A DNA stretch of 64,000 bases from an uncultured Gemmatimonadota bacterium (GCA_964626665.1 CAZVGK010000001.1:32001-96000), one strand, 5' to 3'. Counted from the stretch's first letter, positions 36,550 through 47,384 are shown. Translations and numbers: made by a program. Notes: generated by a model from the letters alone, not told the origin.

Positions 36550-39500
36550 ATGAAAGCACGCATGTTTGTCTGCTTTGTGGCCCTGGTTTTGGTAGGCGTC
36601 GTTGCCATACCGGCTTTTGGCCAGAACCTATTTGTGAAAACCCTGGGGGGAGCCAGCATAGATTATGGGCACTCTGTGGTAGAGGTTTCTGATGGCTTGT
36701 CGTTGCCGGAGTCACTTACAGTTATGGCGCAGGTGATGAAGATCTCCTCCTGGCTAAGCTTGATGGTTCAGGCAATCACCTGTGGACAAAAACCCTGGGG
36801 GGAACCGGCCATGATAGGGGGATCTCTGTGGTAGAGGTTTCTGATGGGGGGCTTGTCGTTGCCGGAGTCACTTACAGTTATGGCGCAGGTGATGAAGATC
36901 TCCTCCTGGCTAAGCTTGATGGTTCAGGCAATCACCTGTGGACAAAAACCCTGGGGGGAACCGGCCATGATAGGGGGATCTCTGTGGTAGAGGTTTCTGA
37001 TGGGGGGCTTGTCGTTGCCGGAGTCACTTACAGTTATGGCGCAGGTGATGAAGATCTCCTCCTGGCTAAGCTTGATGGTTCAGGCAATCACCTGTGGACA
37101 AAAACCCTGGGGGGAACCGGCCATGATAGGGGGATCTCTGTGGTAGAGGTTTCTGATGGGGGGCTTGTCGTTGCCGGAGTCACTTACAGTTATGGCGCAG
37201 GTGATGAAGATCTCCTCCTGGCTAAGCTTGATGGTTCAGGCAATCACCTGTGGACAAAAACCCTGGGGGGAACCGGCCATGATAGGGGGATCTCTGTGGT
37301 AGAGGTTTCTGATGGGGGGCTTGTCGTTGCCGGAGTCACTTACAGTTATGGCGCAGGTGATGAAGATCTCCTCCTGGCTAAGCTTGATGGTTCAGGCAAT
37401 CACCTGTGGACAAAAACCCTGGGGGGAACCGGCCATGATAGGGGGATCTCTGTGGTAGAGGTTTCTGATGGGGGGCTTGTCGTTGCCGGAGTCACTTACA
37501 GTTATGGCGCAGGTGATGAAGATCTCCTCCTGGCTAAGCTTGATGGCTCAGGCAATCACCTGTGGACAAAAACCCTGGGGGGAACCAACTGGGATAGGGG
37601 GTACTCTGTGGTAGAGGTTTCTGATGGTGGGCTTGTGGTTGCCGGAGGCACTGAGAGTTACGGCGCAGGTTCTTGGGATCTCCTCCTGGCCAAGTTTGAT
37701 GCTGATGGCAATACCTGTATGGGGGAGTTTGTCACTCCCACCGTCCAGAGCGTCTCTCCTACCATAAACACCTGGGACCCCACAGTCAACACTTGGTCGC
37801 CGACCATTACCAGTCCTACTCCCACGATCACTTCTCCTGAGCCAACGCTAACAACCGTGTGCGAAGAATGTGGGGACCTTTACTTTCGGCCTAACTCCGA
37901 CGGTTGGGGATTTAAGAATAAAGCTGATAATATGTGGCCAAAGAGTTGGTGGCAACAGTTTAATTACTGCCAATCTCCATACCCATTCCTTTGGTGTTAC
38001 CTATGCAAATCTTCAGACTTTCCGGATTGGCCACTTTTCGTATCCGCATTTGGAGAGGATCAATGCTACTGGAATCCGCCGCCCGGTTCGGTGATCTATA
38101 AGCCATCGGCGGTGAGGAAATGGTTTGCAATCAAAGGAGGTTGGAACGGCTCTTGCTTTGGATTCGCCATATCGAGCTTTCTTTTCTTTGACAATTATCT
38201 GCACCTTTCCAGCGAATTCCCCGGCTATTTGCAGCTTTATTCAGTTCCGCTCGGCGATGAGAGCCGGTTGATGATAAACAAATACATGATCTATCAGGTC
38301 GGCAAAGCGCAACAAGAATATATAGATGCCAACTATAACACCACCACACCACACCAAACTCTCCAGGCCTGTAAGGATATGTTCAATTCCTCTTATCGCG
38401 ACGACAGGATACTTCTTATGCACAATAACCACGGTGGCGGTGGCCACACCGTCAATCCATACAGATGTGAAGTTAATCCCGAAAATCCTGAAAAAACGTA
38501 CATTTATGTGTGCGATAGCAATAACCCCGGAGAGGAGCGAAAGATTATCATCAATACTGCCACTAATATTTGGGCATACTCGGGAAAGCCCACATGGGGA
38601 GGGAAAAAGCACCTTTTTCTGAGTGATCCTATGAGCAATTACACCACAAACCCGATTCTACGCACTTCCATCCCTCCTCAGGATAGGTGGGCGAACGGAA
38701 AGGCTATGCTGAACTCTGAATATATTGAGTTTTACATCTCATTTACAGACACCGCTCTTTTCGAGTCTCCTGCTGGGAATATTGGCCATATCGGGGATTC
38801 TCTCTTCACTACACTTTCGGAAGGCCATCCAATCATATCTCTAACTGGAGAAGAGGTTTTGCCTATAGGGTACTACCTACCCAACGATACCTGGACTTGC
38901 CAGTTCTCAGACATAGCTGATTCGACATTCCGTCTGAGCCTATTTACTGATTCCACTGTAATTGTATACTCGCGGACAGAAGCCGATAGCACCCAAGGCG
39001 AGAGGCTTCGTTATCCCGGAAATGATAGCACGCTTTGGGTTGGTAATCCTGACCCTTACACGCGATCCTACGATCTTGAAGTTATTTCTGTTGCCCCTGA
39101 TTCGGAGATAGTTTGCGGCATACATAATATCTCTATTGACCAGAGTGATTCAGCTTGCTACTCAATCACTCCTGTATCGGGATTACAACTTGACAATTAT
39201 GGAGGACAAAAGACCTATGATTTGCAGGTTGAGATCGTAGGCGATAATGTTGACACGGTGTTTTTCCATGGTAATATAGCGCTAAGCGGAAGCACCGCAC
39301 ATCAAATTATCTCGGATTGGCGTCAAAATGGGGATACCCTTATGGTTTTAGTTGACGAGGGTATGGAGGGAGATTTTTCAGATACCATTCGCCTTGCAAA
39401 TGAATGGGTGCCTGTTGTCACTGGTGAGCCGAAGATATTGCCCACCGAATTCTCCCTCTCCCAAAACTACCCCAACCCGTTTAACTCCACTACTCTGATA

Positions 39501-39707
39501 AAATACAGTTTACCGAAGGATTGTCATGTGAACTTGGGGACTTACAACATCCTTGGCCAGAAGGTGGCAAGTTTGGTTGATGGAAAGCAGAGAGCCGGCT
39601 ACAAGATAGCCAGGTGGGATGCAAGTTCTTTCTCTAGCGGCATATATTTTTACAGGCTTCAGGCTGGGAATTTTGTGCAGACGAGGAAGATGGTGCTAAT
39701 CAGATAG
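36550..39707 (+). pseudogene. frameshifted secreted protein: signal peptide, 7-blade propeller, Pro/Thr linker, papain-like Cys-His-Asp domain, T9SS-type C-terminal domain
   Basis: ORFs 36550-36834 and 36828-39707 join if GG at 36694-36695 is restored to the G6 seen in sister repeats; C-terminus NYPNPFN...SSGIYFYRL. Confidence 0.75.
36672..37712 (+). repeat. 156-bp coding tandem repeat, 7 units
   Basis: Unit starts at 36672, 36824, 36980, 37136, 37292, 37448 and 37604; units 2-5 read as identical. Confidence 0.97.
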
Positions 39708-39810
39708 AGACGAGAGATAGAAACGACCCCACCCTAAATCGTGCTAGTTGATCGGAGTTCGTGATCGGGGGTTTGTCAGGACGGGAGCCCTGACAGCATA
39801 AAAGAAATAT

Positions 39811-39964
39811 TCTCCCCCCCTTGATGGGGGAGAACCAAAGAGAGGGTGAGGATTATCCCTCGATCCCCTCTCCCTCTAACTCTCACCCACCAGGAGAGAG
39901 GGAACCATAAGGACGCCATTCATCCCCGCTCATAGAAATAGGTTTTTTGTCTGATTTTCATAAA
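39811..39964 (-). repeat. ~155-bp dispersed element, copy 3
   Basis: Reverse complement of 2503-2658 with substitutions. Confidence 0.75.
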
Positions 39965-39967
39965 TAG

Positions 39968-40002
39968 AAACCTCCCGCAGATTCGAAATCTGCGGGAGGT
40001 TT
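39968..40002. terminator. perfect 16-bp hairpin, possible bidirectional terminator or REP
   Basis: AAACCTCCCGCAGATT-CGA-AATCTGCGGGAGGTTT. Confidence 0.55.
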
Positions 40003-40238
40003 AATATTCTTGTGGCAGAGGAGAGATTGCTCGTTTTCTTCCGTCAGGGCGGGAGCCCTGACAACACGAGATAAATCCGCCCTCACCTAAAGAACCCCCC
40101 CTCTAACTCCCTCCCGCCAGGGAAGGGAGAATTACAATCGAGGTCTGAAGACCCCTCCCACAAGTCGATCAGACGGGTTTAAGATTCTAAAGAAAATTCG
40201 TTCGGTGTAATCTCAGCCACATTTTTTAAATTTTGGGG

Positions 40239-40267
40239 TTGCTTTTCTGCGGGAAAGTTGGTATAAT
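40239..40267 (+). promoter_or_regulatory. sigma70-like promoter of the yggT cluster
   Basis: TTGCTT-17 nt-TATAAT. Confidence 0.65.
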
Positions 40268-40312
40268 ATCCTCCTATGGGAAGTCAGAATAAAGGGGTGA
40301 GAAGCCACAGAT

Positions 40313-40609
40313 ATGTTTATTCTCTCTAATTTCCTGGGAGCGGTAGCCAGAATTTTAAATATCCTCCTCTCCCTCTATATGCTTTTGATTATCGGTCGAG
40401 CACTTATCTCCTGGGTTCATCCTGACCCTTATTCCCCTTTGGTGAGATTCCTGGTAGGGGCCACCGAACCCCTGCTTGCCCCCTTAAGGAGGCTTCTCCC
40501 CGGCTGGCGAATGGGGATAGATTTTTCTCCCCTTCTTGCCTTGTTGGTTATATATTTTCTCAAGATCTTCCTGGTGCAAAGCCTATTTGATTTAACCAGG
40601 AGGTTTTGA
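40313..40609 (+). CDS. yggT: YggT family membrane protein
   Basis: SWVHPDPYSP, TEPLLAPLRR and IDFSP motifs. Confidence 0.94.
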   Translation: MFILSNFLGAVARILNILLSLYMLLIIGRALISWVHPDPYSPLVRFLVGATEPLLAPLRRLLPGWRMGIDFSPLLALLVIYFLKIFLVQSLFDLTRRF

Positions 40610-40647
40610 AAGGGACGAGAATCCATTTTGCAGGGGAGGTGATAGGT

Positions 40648-41154
40648 TTGCAGATAACCCCCATAGAAATTAAGAAGCAAGAGTTCCACAAGGCCTTTCG
40701 GGGATATGATCCGGGAGAGGTAGAGGCATTCTTAGAGATGGTCGCGGAGGAGATGGAATCCTTAAATCGGGAGAACAGTGAGCTTAAGGAGAGGCTTACG
40801 GTCCAGAAATCGAAGTTAAAGGATTATGAGGAGATGAGGGAATCCTTACATAAGGCCCTGGTTACCACAGAGAAGGCGGCTGAGGAAAAGATAGAGAATG
40901 CGCAGAAGGAGGCCGGACTGATCCTTAACGATGCCCAACTTAAGGGGGAGAGACTCATCGAGGAGGCCCGGAGGAAAGTTCTAAAGTATGAGAGGGATAT
41001 TGCCGATTTAAATAACCTCAAGGCATCCCTCATTACCCGCCTTAAGGCCTTGCTCTCCGCTCAGGGGGAGATGCTTGAGGCCATAGAAAAGGAGGGGATA
41101 GAGAAGAGAGGGCCGGTTGCCGAGCCGCATTTGGAGGTTGGGGCAGGAACCTGA
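40648..41154 (+). CDS. divIVA: DivIVA domain protein
   Basis: ITPIEIKKQEFHKAFRGYD plus coiled coil; TTG at 40648 follows GGAGGTG. Confidence 0.9.
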   Translation: MQITPIEIKKQEFHKAFRGYDPGEVEAFLEMVAEEMESLNRENSELKERLTVQKSKLKDYEEMRESLHKALVTTEKAAEEKIENAQKEAGLILNDAQLKGERLIEEARRKVLKYERDIADLNNLKASLITRLKALLSAQGEMLEAIEKEGIEKRGPVAEPHLEVGAGT

Positions 41155-41289
41155 CCTTTCGAGCTCATAAATAGTAACCCATAGTGGAACTTTTTCGACA
41201 GGATGAAGAGGTTTTCGGAATTTATGTTTTATCCTGATCATTCTGTTGAAAGGGGAGATTCCCCTAGTTTTAAGTTCAAGGAGACAATT

Positions 41290-42111
41290 ATGGAAGATCT
41301 GCAGAAAAGAATCTCAGAGGCGAAGGATTTTATAGCAGCTAAATCCAAGATCAAACCTAAGATAGGGATTATTTTGGGCACCGGTTTAGGAGCTTTAGCC
41401 AAGGAGATTAAGGTGGAATCCTCCATTCCCTACAAGGAGATCCCCTATTTTCCTGTCTCTACGGTCTATGGCCATGAGGGGAAGTTGGTCCTGGGCAGTT
41501 TGGGGGGGAAGAAGGTGCTGGCTATGCAGGGCAGATTTCACTATTATGAGGGCTATAGCCTCCAGGAGGTTACCTTTCCGGTGAGGGTAATGAGGGCAAT
41601 GGGAGCGGATACCCTGGTGGTCTCCAATGCCTGTGGGGGGATGAACCCCCTCTTCTCCCGGGGGGATATTATGGTTATGGAGGATCACATCAACCTCTTT
41701 GGTGACAATCCCCTGCGGGGTCCCAATGACGACAGCCTGGGTCCCCGGTTCCCCGATATGTCTGAACCTTACAGCAAGGAGCTCATTGCTTTGGCTGAGC
41801 AGGTGGCCTTAGAGGCGGGGATAAAGCTGCAGAAGGGGGTATATGTAGGGGTGCAGGGGCCGAATTTGGAGACCAGGGCAGAGTACAGATTCTTGCGCGG
41901 CATTGGAGCTGATGTGGTGGGAATGTCCACGGTGCCGGAGACCATAGTGGCCGTCCATTCCGGGATGAGGGTCTTAGGCCTCTCGGTGGTCACCGATCTC
42001 TGTCTCCCCGATGCCCTCAAGCCGGCCAGCCATATAGAGATCGTGAAGACCGCCTCTAAAGCCGAGCCGCAGCTGACCAAGCTGATGATGCTCACCATAG
42101 AGAGGATGTAG
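41290..42111 (+). CDS. punA: purine-nucleoside phosphorylase (trimeric type)
   Basis: ILGTGLG, QGRFHYYEGY, GPNLETRAEY and GMSTVPE. Confidence 0.95.
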   Translation: MEDLQKRISEAKDFIAAKSKIKPKIGIILGTGLGALAKEIKVESSIPYKEIPYFPVSTVYGHEGKLVLGSLGGKKVLAMQGRFHYYEGYSLQEVTFPVRVMRAMGADTLVVSNACGGMNPLFSRGDIMVMEDHINLFGDNPLRGPNDDSLGPRFPDMSEPYSKELIALAEQVALEAGIKLQKGVYVGVQGPNLETRAEYRFLRGIGADVVGMSTVPETIVAVHSGMRVLGLSVVTDLCLPDALKPASHIEIVKTASKAEPQLTKLMMLTIERM

Positions 42112-44886
42112 GTGGATTACTCAAAGACCATAAATCTTCCTCGGCCCAGTATCTCGATGAAGGCCAACCTCCCCCATAAGGAACCGGAGCTTTTGCAGTT
42201 CTGGGAAGAGCTAAGGTTCTACCAGAAGCTGCGGGAGGAGAGGAAGGGAGCCCCGCAATACATCCTCCATGATGGCCCCCCCTATTCCAATGGCCATATC
42301 CATATGGGCACAGCCCTAAACAAGGTGGCCAAGGATATAGTAGTGCGGTCGAAGTCTATGGCTGGCTATGACAGCCCCTATATCCCGGGATGGGACAATC
42401 ACGGGATGCCCATTGAGATCGAGGCTACGAAGAGTTCTGGCCAGGGGGATAGGCTTGCCGTAAGGAGGAGCTGTCGGGAGTATGCCCGTAAGTTTGTAAA
42501 TGTGCAAAGGGAGGAGTTCAAGAGGTTGGGGGTTATGGGACAATGGGACGAGCCCTACCTGACGATGTCCCCGAAGTTCGAGGCAAAGATCATCGATGTG
42601 TTTGGGGAACTGGCTGAGAAAGGTTATATTTACAGGGGTTTAAGGCCCATTGACTGGTGTCCCCACTGCCGCACGGCCTTAGCCGAGGCGGAGATCGAAT
42701 ATAAAGAGAAGGAATCGGATTCCATCTTGGTCCGTTTTCCCTTGTTAAAGGACCCCCAGGGGATTTTCGCCGGGGCTAAAGAGGCCTTTGTGCTCATCTG
42801 GACAACCACCCCTTGGACTATACCGGCAAACCAGGCGGTGGTGGTCAACCCAGAATTTGCCTATGTGGTTGCCCTCTCAGGCTCTGAGTCTTATCTGGTG
42901 GCGGAGGAGCTTCTCCCCCAGGTGATGAGATTAGCTGGCAAGGGGAATTACCGAGCGATAAAGAGGATAAAAGGTGAAAAGCTGCAAGGTTTAGTTTTCA
43001 AGCATCCGCTGTTCGATCGCCCCTCCCCCCTCTTCCTCGCCGACCATGTTACCCTGGAGGAGGGAACGGGGATTGTGCATACCGCACCCGGCCATGGGGA
43101 GGAGGACTTCGAGGTGGGGAAGAGAGAGGAATTGGAGGTCCTCTCCGTAGTGGATGAGGCCGGAGTCTTCAACTTTCAGGCGGGCAAATATTCCGGTTTG
43201 AGCTTGGAGCAGGGAAATGCAGCGGTATTAAGGGATCTTTTGGCCAACGGCAACCTCCTCCACCATACACGCATCACCCACAAATACCCTCACTGTTGGA
43301 GATGTCACCAACCCCTCATCTTTCGCGCCACGGTGCAATGGTTTTTATCGGTCGACCACCTCTCGTTAAGGAAGAAGGCACTGGCGGCTATTGAAAAGGT
43401 TAAGTGGGTTCCCTCCTCCAGCCGCAATCGCATCATCTCAATGATGGAGGGCCGCCCGGATTGGTGCCTCTCGCGGCAGCGGAACTGGGGGGTGGGTATT
43501 CCCGTCTTCTACTGTCAGGGGTGTGGAAGAGAGATAATCAGAAAGGACCTCATCGAAAGGGTGCGGGACCTGGTTGCCCAGAAGGGTTCCGATGTTTGGT
43601 TTGAGCTGCCAGCTGAGGAGCTCCTTCCCCCTGATTTTAGGTGTCCTTATTGTGGGGGGAGGGAGTTTGAAAAGGAGAAGGATATCCTCGATGTCTGGTT
43701 CGACTCCGGTTGCAGCCACCTGGTCGTCCTGGAGGGAAACTCTGATTTGAGGTGGCCTGCCGACCTCTACTTGGAGGGGACGGACCAGCACAGGGGATGG
43801 TTTAACCAGTCTCTTCTTATCTCTATGGCTATTAAGGGTTTCCCGCCTTATCGCACCGTGGTGACCAACGGCTGGATGCTTGATGCCCAGGGTAAGGCTA
43901 TGCACAAGTCCCGGGGTAATGTCATCTCCCCTATGGAGATCTACAACAAGTATGGGGCCGATATCTTACGGCTTTGGGTGGCCTCAACTGAGTTCACCTC
44001 GGATATGAAGCTCTCCCCTAGCATCATCCAGCAAGTGGTTGATGCCTATCGCCGCATTCGCAACACCTTCAGATTTCTCTTGGGCAACCTGTATGACTTC
44101 TCTCCGGGGCCCCATCTTCAGCCGCGGGATGGACTCCTGGAGATAGATAGGTTCATCCTCCAAAAGTTGGGTTATCTGGTAAAGGAGGTCTTGGGGTACT
44201 ATGAGAGGTTTGAATTCCACAAGATTTACCATGTTTTCCACAATTTCTGTGCTGTGGACCTCTCCGCCTTCTACTTGGATGTGCTCAAGGATAGGATGTA
44301 TACCTGGGGGAAGGACTCCTTAGAGAGGAGGTCGGGGCAAACCGCCTTTTACCTGCTGGCCAATTCCTTGGCTAAGCTCATTGCCCCCATAATGCCGTTT
44401 ACGGCTGAGGAGATATGGGAGAAAATTCCCTATTCCGGAGATAGGCCAGAGAGCATTCACCTTACCCTCTTCCCAGATCCTGACCTTGGCTGGTTTAATC
44501 CAGCCGAGGAGGAAAATTGGCGGAGGTTGTTGCAGCTGAGGGATGTGGTGCTCAAGGGGATAGAGATAATGCGGGGGGATGGCCTGATTGGCAATTCACT
44601 GGAGGCGAGGGTAACCTTGGAGGCCACCGATCCTGGATTGAGGGAGATTTTGGAGAGGTATGAGGGGGATCTTCCCACCCTCTTTATCTGCTCTCAGGTG
44701 GAGCTCTCCCCCCTTCCCCGGTATACCTGCCAGGATGAGGGGATTGGTTTGAAGGTGTTGGTGGGAAGGGCTCAAGGGGGAAAATGTGTCAGGTGCTGGA
44801 ATTACTCCCCTACAGTGGGGGAGGATGAGGATTTCCCTGGCGTCTGTGCCAGGTGTGCCCAGGTCTTAAGGGAAGGGTGGGGATAA
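42112..44886 (+). CDS. ileS: isoleucine--tRNA ligase (type 1)
   Basis: LHDGPPY, WTTTPWT, DWCLSRQR, AMHKS and a C-terminal Zn finger. Confidence 0.97.
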   Translation: MDYSKTINLPRPSISMKANLPHKEPELLQFWEELRFYQKLREERKGAPQYILHDGPPYSNGHIHMGTALNKVAKDIVVRSKSMAGYDSPYIPGWDNHGMPIEIEATKSSGQGDRLAVRRSCREYARKFVNVQREEFKRLGVMGQWDEPYLTMSPKFEAKIIDVFGELAEKGYIYRGLRPIDWCPHCRTALAEAEIEYKEKESDSILVRFPLLKDPQGIFAGAKEAFVLIWTTTPWTIPANQAVVVNPEFAYVVALSGSESYLVAEELLPQVMRLAGKGNYRAIKRIKGEKLQGLVFKHPLFDRPSPLFLADHVTLEEGTGIVHTAPGHGEEDFEVGKREELEVLSVVDEAGVFNFQAGKYSGLSLEQGNAAVLRDLLANGNLLHHTRITHKYPHCWRCHQPLIFRATVQWFLSVDHLSLRKKALAAIEKVKWVPSSSRNRIISMMEGRPDWCLSRQRNWGVGIPVFYCQGCGREIIRKDLIERVRDLVAQKGSDVWFELPAEELLPPDFRCPYCGGREFEKEKDILDVWFDSGCSHLVVLEGNSDLRWPADLYLEGTDQHRGWFNQSLLISMAIKGFPPYRTVVTNGWMLDAQGKAMHKSRGNVISPMEIYNKYGADILRLWVASTEFTSDMKLSPSIIQQVVDAYRRIRNTFRFLLGNLYDFSPGPHLQPRDGLLEIDRFILQKLGYLVKEVLGYYERFEFHKIYHVFHNFCAVDLSAFYLDVLKDRMYTWGKDSLERRSGQTAFYLLANSLAKLIAPIMPFTAEEIWEKIPYSGDRPESIHLTLFPDPDLGWFNPAEEENWRRLLQLRDVVLKGIEIMRGDGLIGNSLEARVTLEATDPGLREILERYEGDLPTLFICSQVELSPLPRYTCQDEGIGLKVLVGRAQGGKCVRCWNYSPTVGEDEDFPGVCARCAQVLREGWG

Positions 44887-44989
44887 GGGTGTCGGGGATC
44901 GGTTCTCAGGGATCAGGGGAAATCCTGACAACTGACTGCCGACCCCTGAGAGCTGTAAGCAGGTATGAAATGAGATAGAAGGGGAGGAA

Positions 44990-45385
44990 ATGGATGCTAA
45001 GCACTTGAAGAAGTTTGAGGGATTGCTCCTGGCCAAGAGGAAACAACTCCTTGAATCGATAGGTCATTATGAGGATTCCCTGATGAACTCCTCCCTCAAG
45101 GAGTCTAATGGGAACCTCTCCACCTATGCTGATCATATGGCTGATTTAGGGACCGATGCTCAGGAGAGGGAGAAGGCCTATCACTTTGCCTCCAAGGAGG
45201 GAAGGTTGCTCTACCACATTGATGAGGCCCTGCGGCGGATGCAGGATGGCACCTATGGGAAGTGTGTGGAGTGTGGGGAGGAGATAAGCCTGGATAGGTT
45301 GGAGGCCGTCCCTCATGCCAGGTTGTGCATAAGGTGCAAGCAGCGAGAAGAGGAGAAGAAAAGGCAACTTGACCGCACAGCTTAG
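44990..45385 (+). CDS. TraR/DksA C4-zinc-finger protein
   Basis: HMADLGTD and YGKCVECG...RLEAVP...CIRC. Confidence 0.92.
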   Translation: MDAKHLKKFEGLLLAKRKQLLESIGHYEDSLMNSSLKESNGNLSTYADHMADLGTDAQEREKAYHFASKEGRLLYHIDEALRRMQDGTYGKCVECGEEISLDRLEAVPHARLCIRCKQREEEKKRQLDRTA

Positions 45386-45866
45386 CCGGGAGAGGGGAAC
45401 CGCGTTGAGGGGGAGCCTCTACTTCTACTTAGGGATCTTCTTGGCCGTGGTTGGCTTAGATCAGGTCACCAAATATCTGGCCAGCAGATTTCTCTCAGCA
45501 CGGATCTGTGTAGAAGTTGCGGGTTCCGTCTTCAGATTGACCCTGGTGAGGAACCCCGCTGGGGTATTTGGGATAGTGGGTGGGGGGAAGCTATTCTATC
45601 TTTACCTCTCCCTTTTAGCAGTAGGATTGATTGGTTTCTACCTCACCAAAGTTAAGCTCCCTATCTACAGGTTTTCCCTGGCCCTTATCTTGGGTGGGGC
45701 TGTGGGGAACCTGGCCGATCGGATAAGGTTCGGGGAGGTAGTGGATTTCCTGGACTTTGGCCTCGGCTCCTATCGCTGGCCCACCTTTAATCTCGCTGAT
45801 AGTGCAATAACCATTGGCATCTTTCTTCTCTTGTTGGCCAGCTTCAGAAAAGGTAAAAGTCATTAG
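45369..45866 (+). CDS. lspA: lipoprotein signal peptidase II
   Basis: DQVTK, GNLADR, VVDF and FNLAD. Confidence 0.95.
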   Translation: MTAQLSRERGTALRGSLYFYLGIFLAVVGLDQVTKYLASRFLSARICVEVAGSVFRLTLVRNPAGVFGIVGGGKLFYLYLSLLAVGLIGFYLTKVKLPIYRFSLALILGGAVGNLADRIRFGEVVDFLDFGLGSYRWPTFNLADSAITIGIFLLLLASFRKGKSH

Positions 45867-45974
45867 GGATAACAACGGGATAGCCAAAATTGTTGGCAGA
45901 TTTGGAACAGGTAAGATAGCCGTAGGCTTTATCCTGCGAAAGGAACTACCCAATCTTGTTTTTTGACAATTTTT

Positions 45975-46360
45975 TTTAACCGCAAGGCTCGCTAAGTAGG
46001 CGCAGAGAACGCAAAGGATTAAATGTAAATTGCAGTATATGCCGGGGAGAGCCTGAAGTCTCCAATACCTTCTTTACTATCCGTGAAATCTGTGGCTGCT
46101 ATTTGTTGGCAACTCTGACCGACTGTGTAGCTCCGTGAGATTCTGTGGTAATTTCACCACGGACTATGCACAGAAAAACAGGAATCAGTTTTCAGGGATC
46201 AAGGATGGACAGCATAAATTCCTTCTTTAATTCTTAATTTTCAATTCATAATTGTTTTTTCCCGTCTAATTCCGTGAATTCCTGGGGTAAGTCTGTTAAT
46301 TCGTGTAGATTCGTCTATTCGTGCCATTCGTGTTCCAGGGGTTCAGTGTAATCTGTGGTT
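45975..46360. repeat. patchwork of 9-mer and 7-mer repeat arms
   Basis: CGCAAGG/CGCTAAG/CGCAGAG/CGCAAAG, ATTCGTG x4 and TCCGTG..ATCTGTGG; includes the inverted homolog of 31903-32045. Confidence 0.65.
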
Positions 46361-46421
46361 GTTGTTTGATTGTGCTTTTGCCGCGTTGTTTTATTCCGTG
46401 GTGAACCGTTCGGGAAAAAGG

Positions 46422-47384
46422 TTGAAGGTAAAAACCGTAAAGATAGAAGGGATAGGTGAACCCCTCAGGTTAGATGTTTGGCTGGTTAAGAATATGCAAG
46501 GGCTGAGCCGTTCTCGGTTGCAGGGATTGGTAAATGAGGGGTTTATTCTCCTAAACAACAAAAAAGTCAAGCCAAACCATAGGGTCTCCTCTGGAGAGCT
46601 GGTCACTATAACCATCCCTTCCCCTGAGAGGTCAACCCTCCAACCGGAGGAGGGCCCCTTGAATGTCCTCTATGAGGACGAACACCTTTTGGTGATCAAC
46701 AAACCTCCTGGCCTGGCTGTCCATCCCGGCGGTGGGGTGAGGCAGGGGACCCTGGTCAACCTTCTCCTCCATCATTGTAGGGAACTTTCGGGGATAGGGG
46801 GGATAGAGAAACCGGGAATTGTCCATCGCTTGGACAAGGATACAACCGGGGTTATGGTGGTGGCCAAGGATGACTGGACCCATCTGGAGCTCTCCTCCCA
46901 GTTTCAGAGAAGGGAAGTGAAGAAGGAATACCTGGCCCTTGTTTGGGGAGAGCTGGGGGGAGGGGAGGGGGTGATAGAGCTTCCCATAGGTAGAAGCAGG
47001 AAGGACAGGAAGAAGATGGCTGTCCGCGAGCTGGGAGGGAGGGAAGCGCTAACCCGCTACAAGGTTTTAGAGGATTTTGGCCTCTGCTCCTACCTGGCTG
47101 TAAGGCTAGGCACAGGTCGCACCCATCAGATTAGGGTGCATCTCTCCCATATAAGCCATCCCATAGTAGGAGATCCTAAATATGGGGGGAGAAGGAAGAT
47201 GTTAGGTAAACTCCCCCCCTCCCAAAGGGATATGGCCCGGATGCTCTTGGAGCTTCTTCCTCGCCAGGCACTTCATGCTCATCACTTAGGGTTCGTTCAT
47301 CCGATAAGCAGGGAATACTTGGAGTTCTCCAGCCCCCTGTGGGGGGATATGGCCAAGGCATTGGAGCTGCTCAGGTGTAGATGA
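46422..47384 (+). CDS. rluD: RluA-family pseudouridine synthase (RluD-like, with S4 domain)
   Basis: RLDVWL, NKPPG, GIVHRLDKDTTG and GRTHQIRVH; start uncertain. Confidence 0.93.
   Translation: MKVKTVKIEGIGEPLRLDVWLVKNMQGLSRSRLQGLVNEGFILLNNKKVKPNHRVSSGELVTITIPSPERSTLQPEEGPLNVLYEDEHLLVINKPPGLAVHPGGGVRQGTLVNLLLHHCRELSGIGGIEKPGIVHRLDKDTTGVMVVAKDDWTHLELSSQFQRREVKKEYLALVWGELGGGEGVIELPIGRSRKDRKKMAVRELGGREALTRYKVLEDFGLCSYLAVRLGTGRTHQIRVHLSHISHPIVGDPKYGGRRKMLGKLPPSQRDMARMLLELLPRQALHAHHLGFVHPISREYLEFSSPLWGDMAKALELLRCR

Noticed and set aside
36672-37712. CRISPR array
   Set aside because: Units are contiguous 156-bp in-frame coding repeats with no unique spacers, and there are no cas genes.
43890-43915. 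IleRS KMSKS motif reads AMHKS
   Set aside because: The catalytic second Lys is kept and the rest of the enzyme is intact; treated as ordinary variation.
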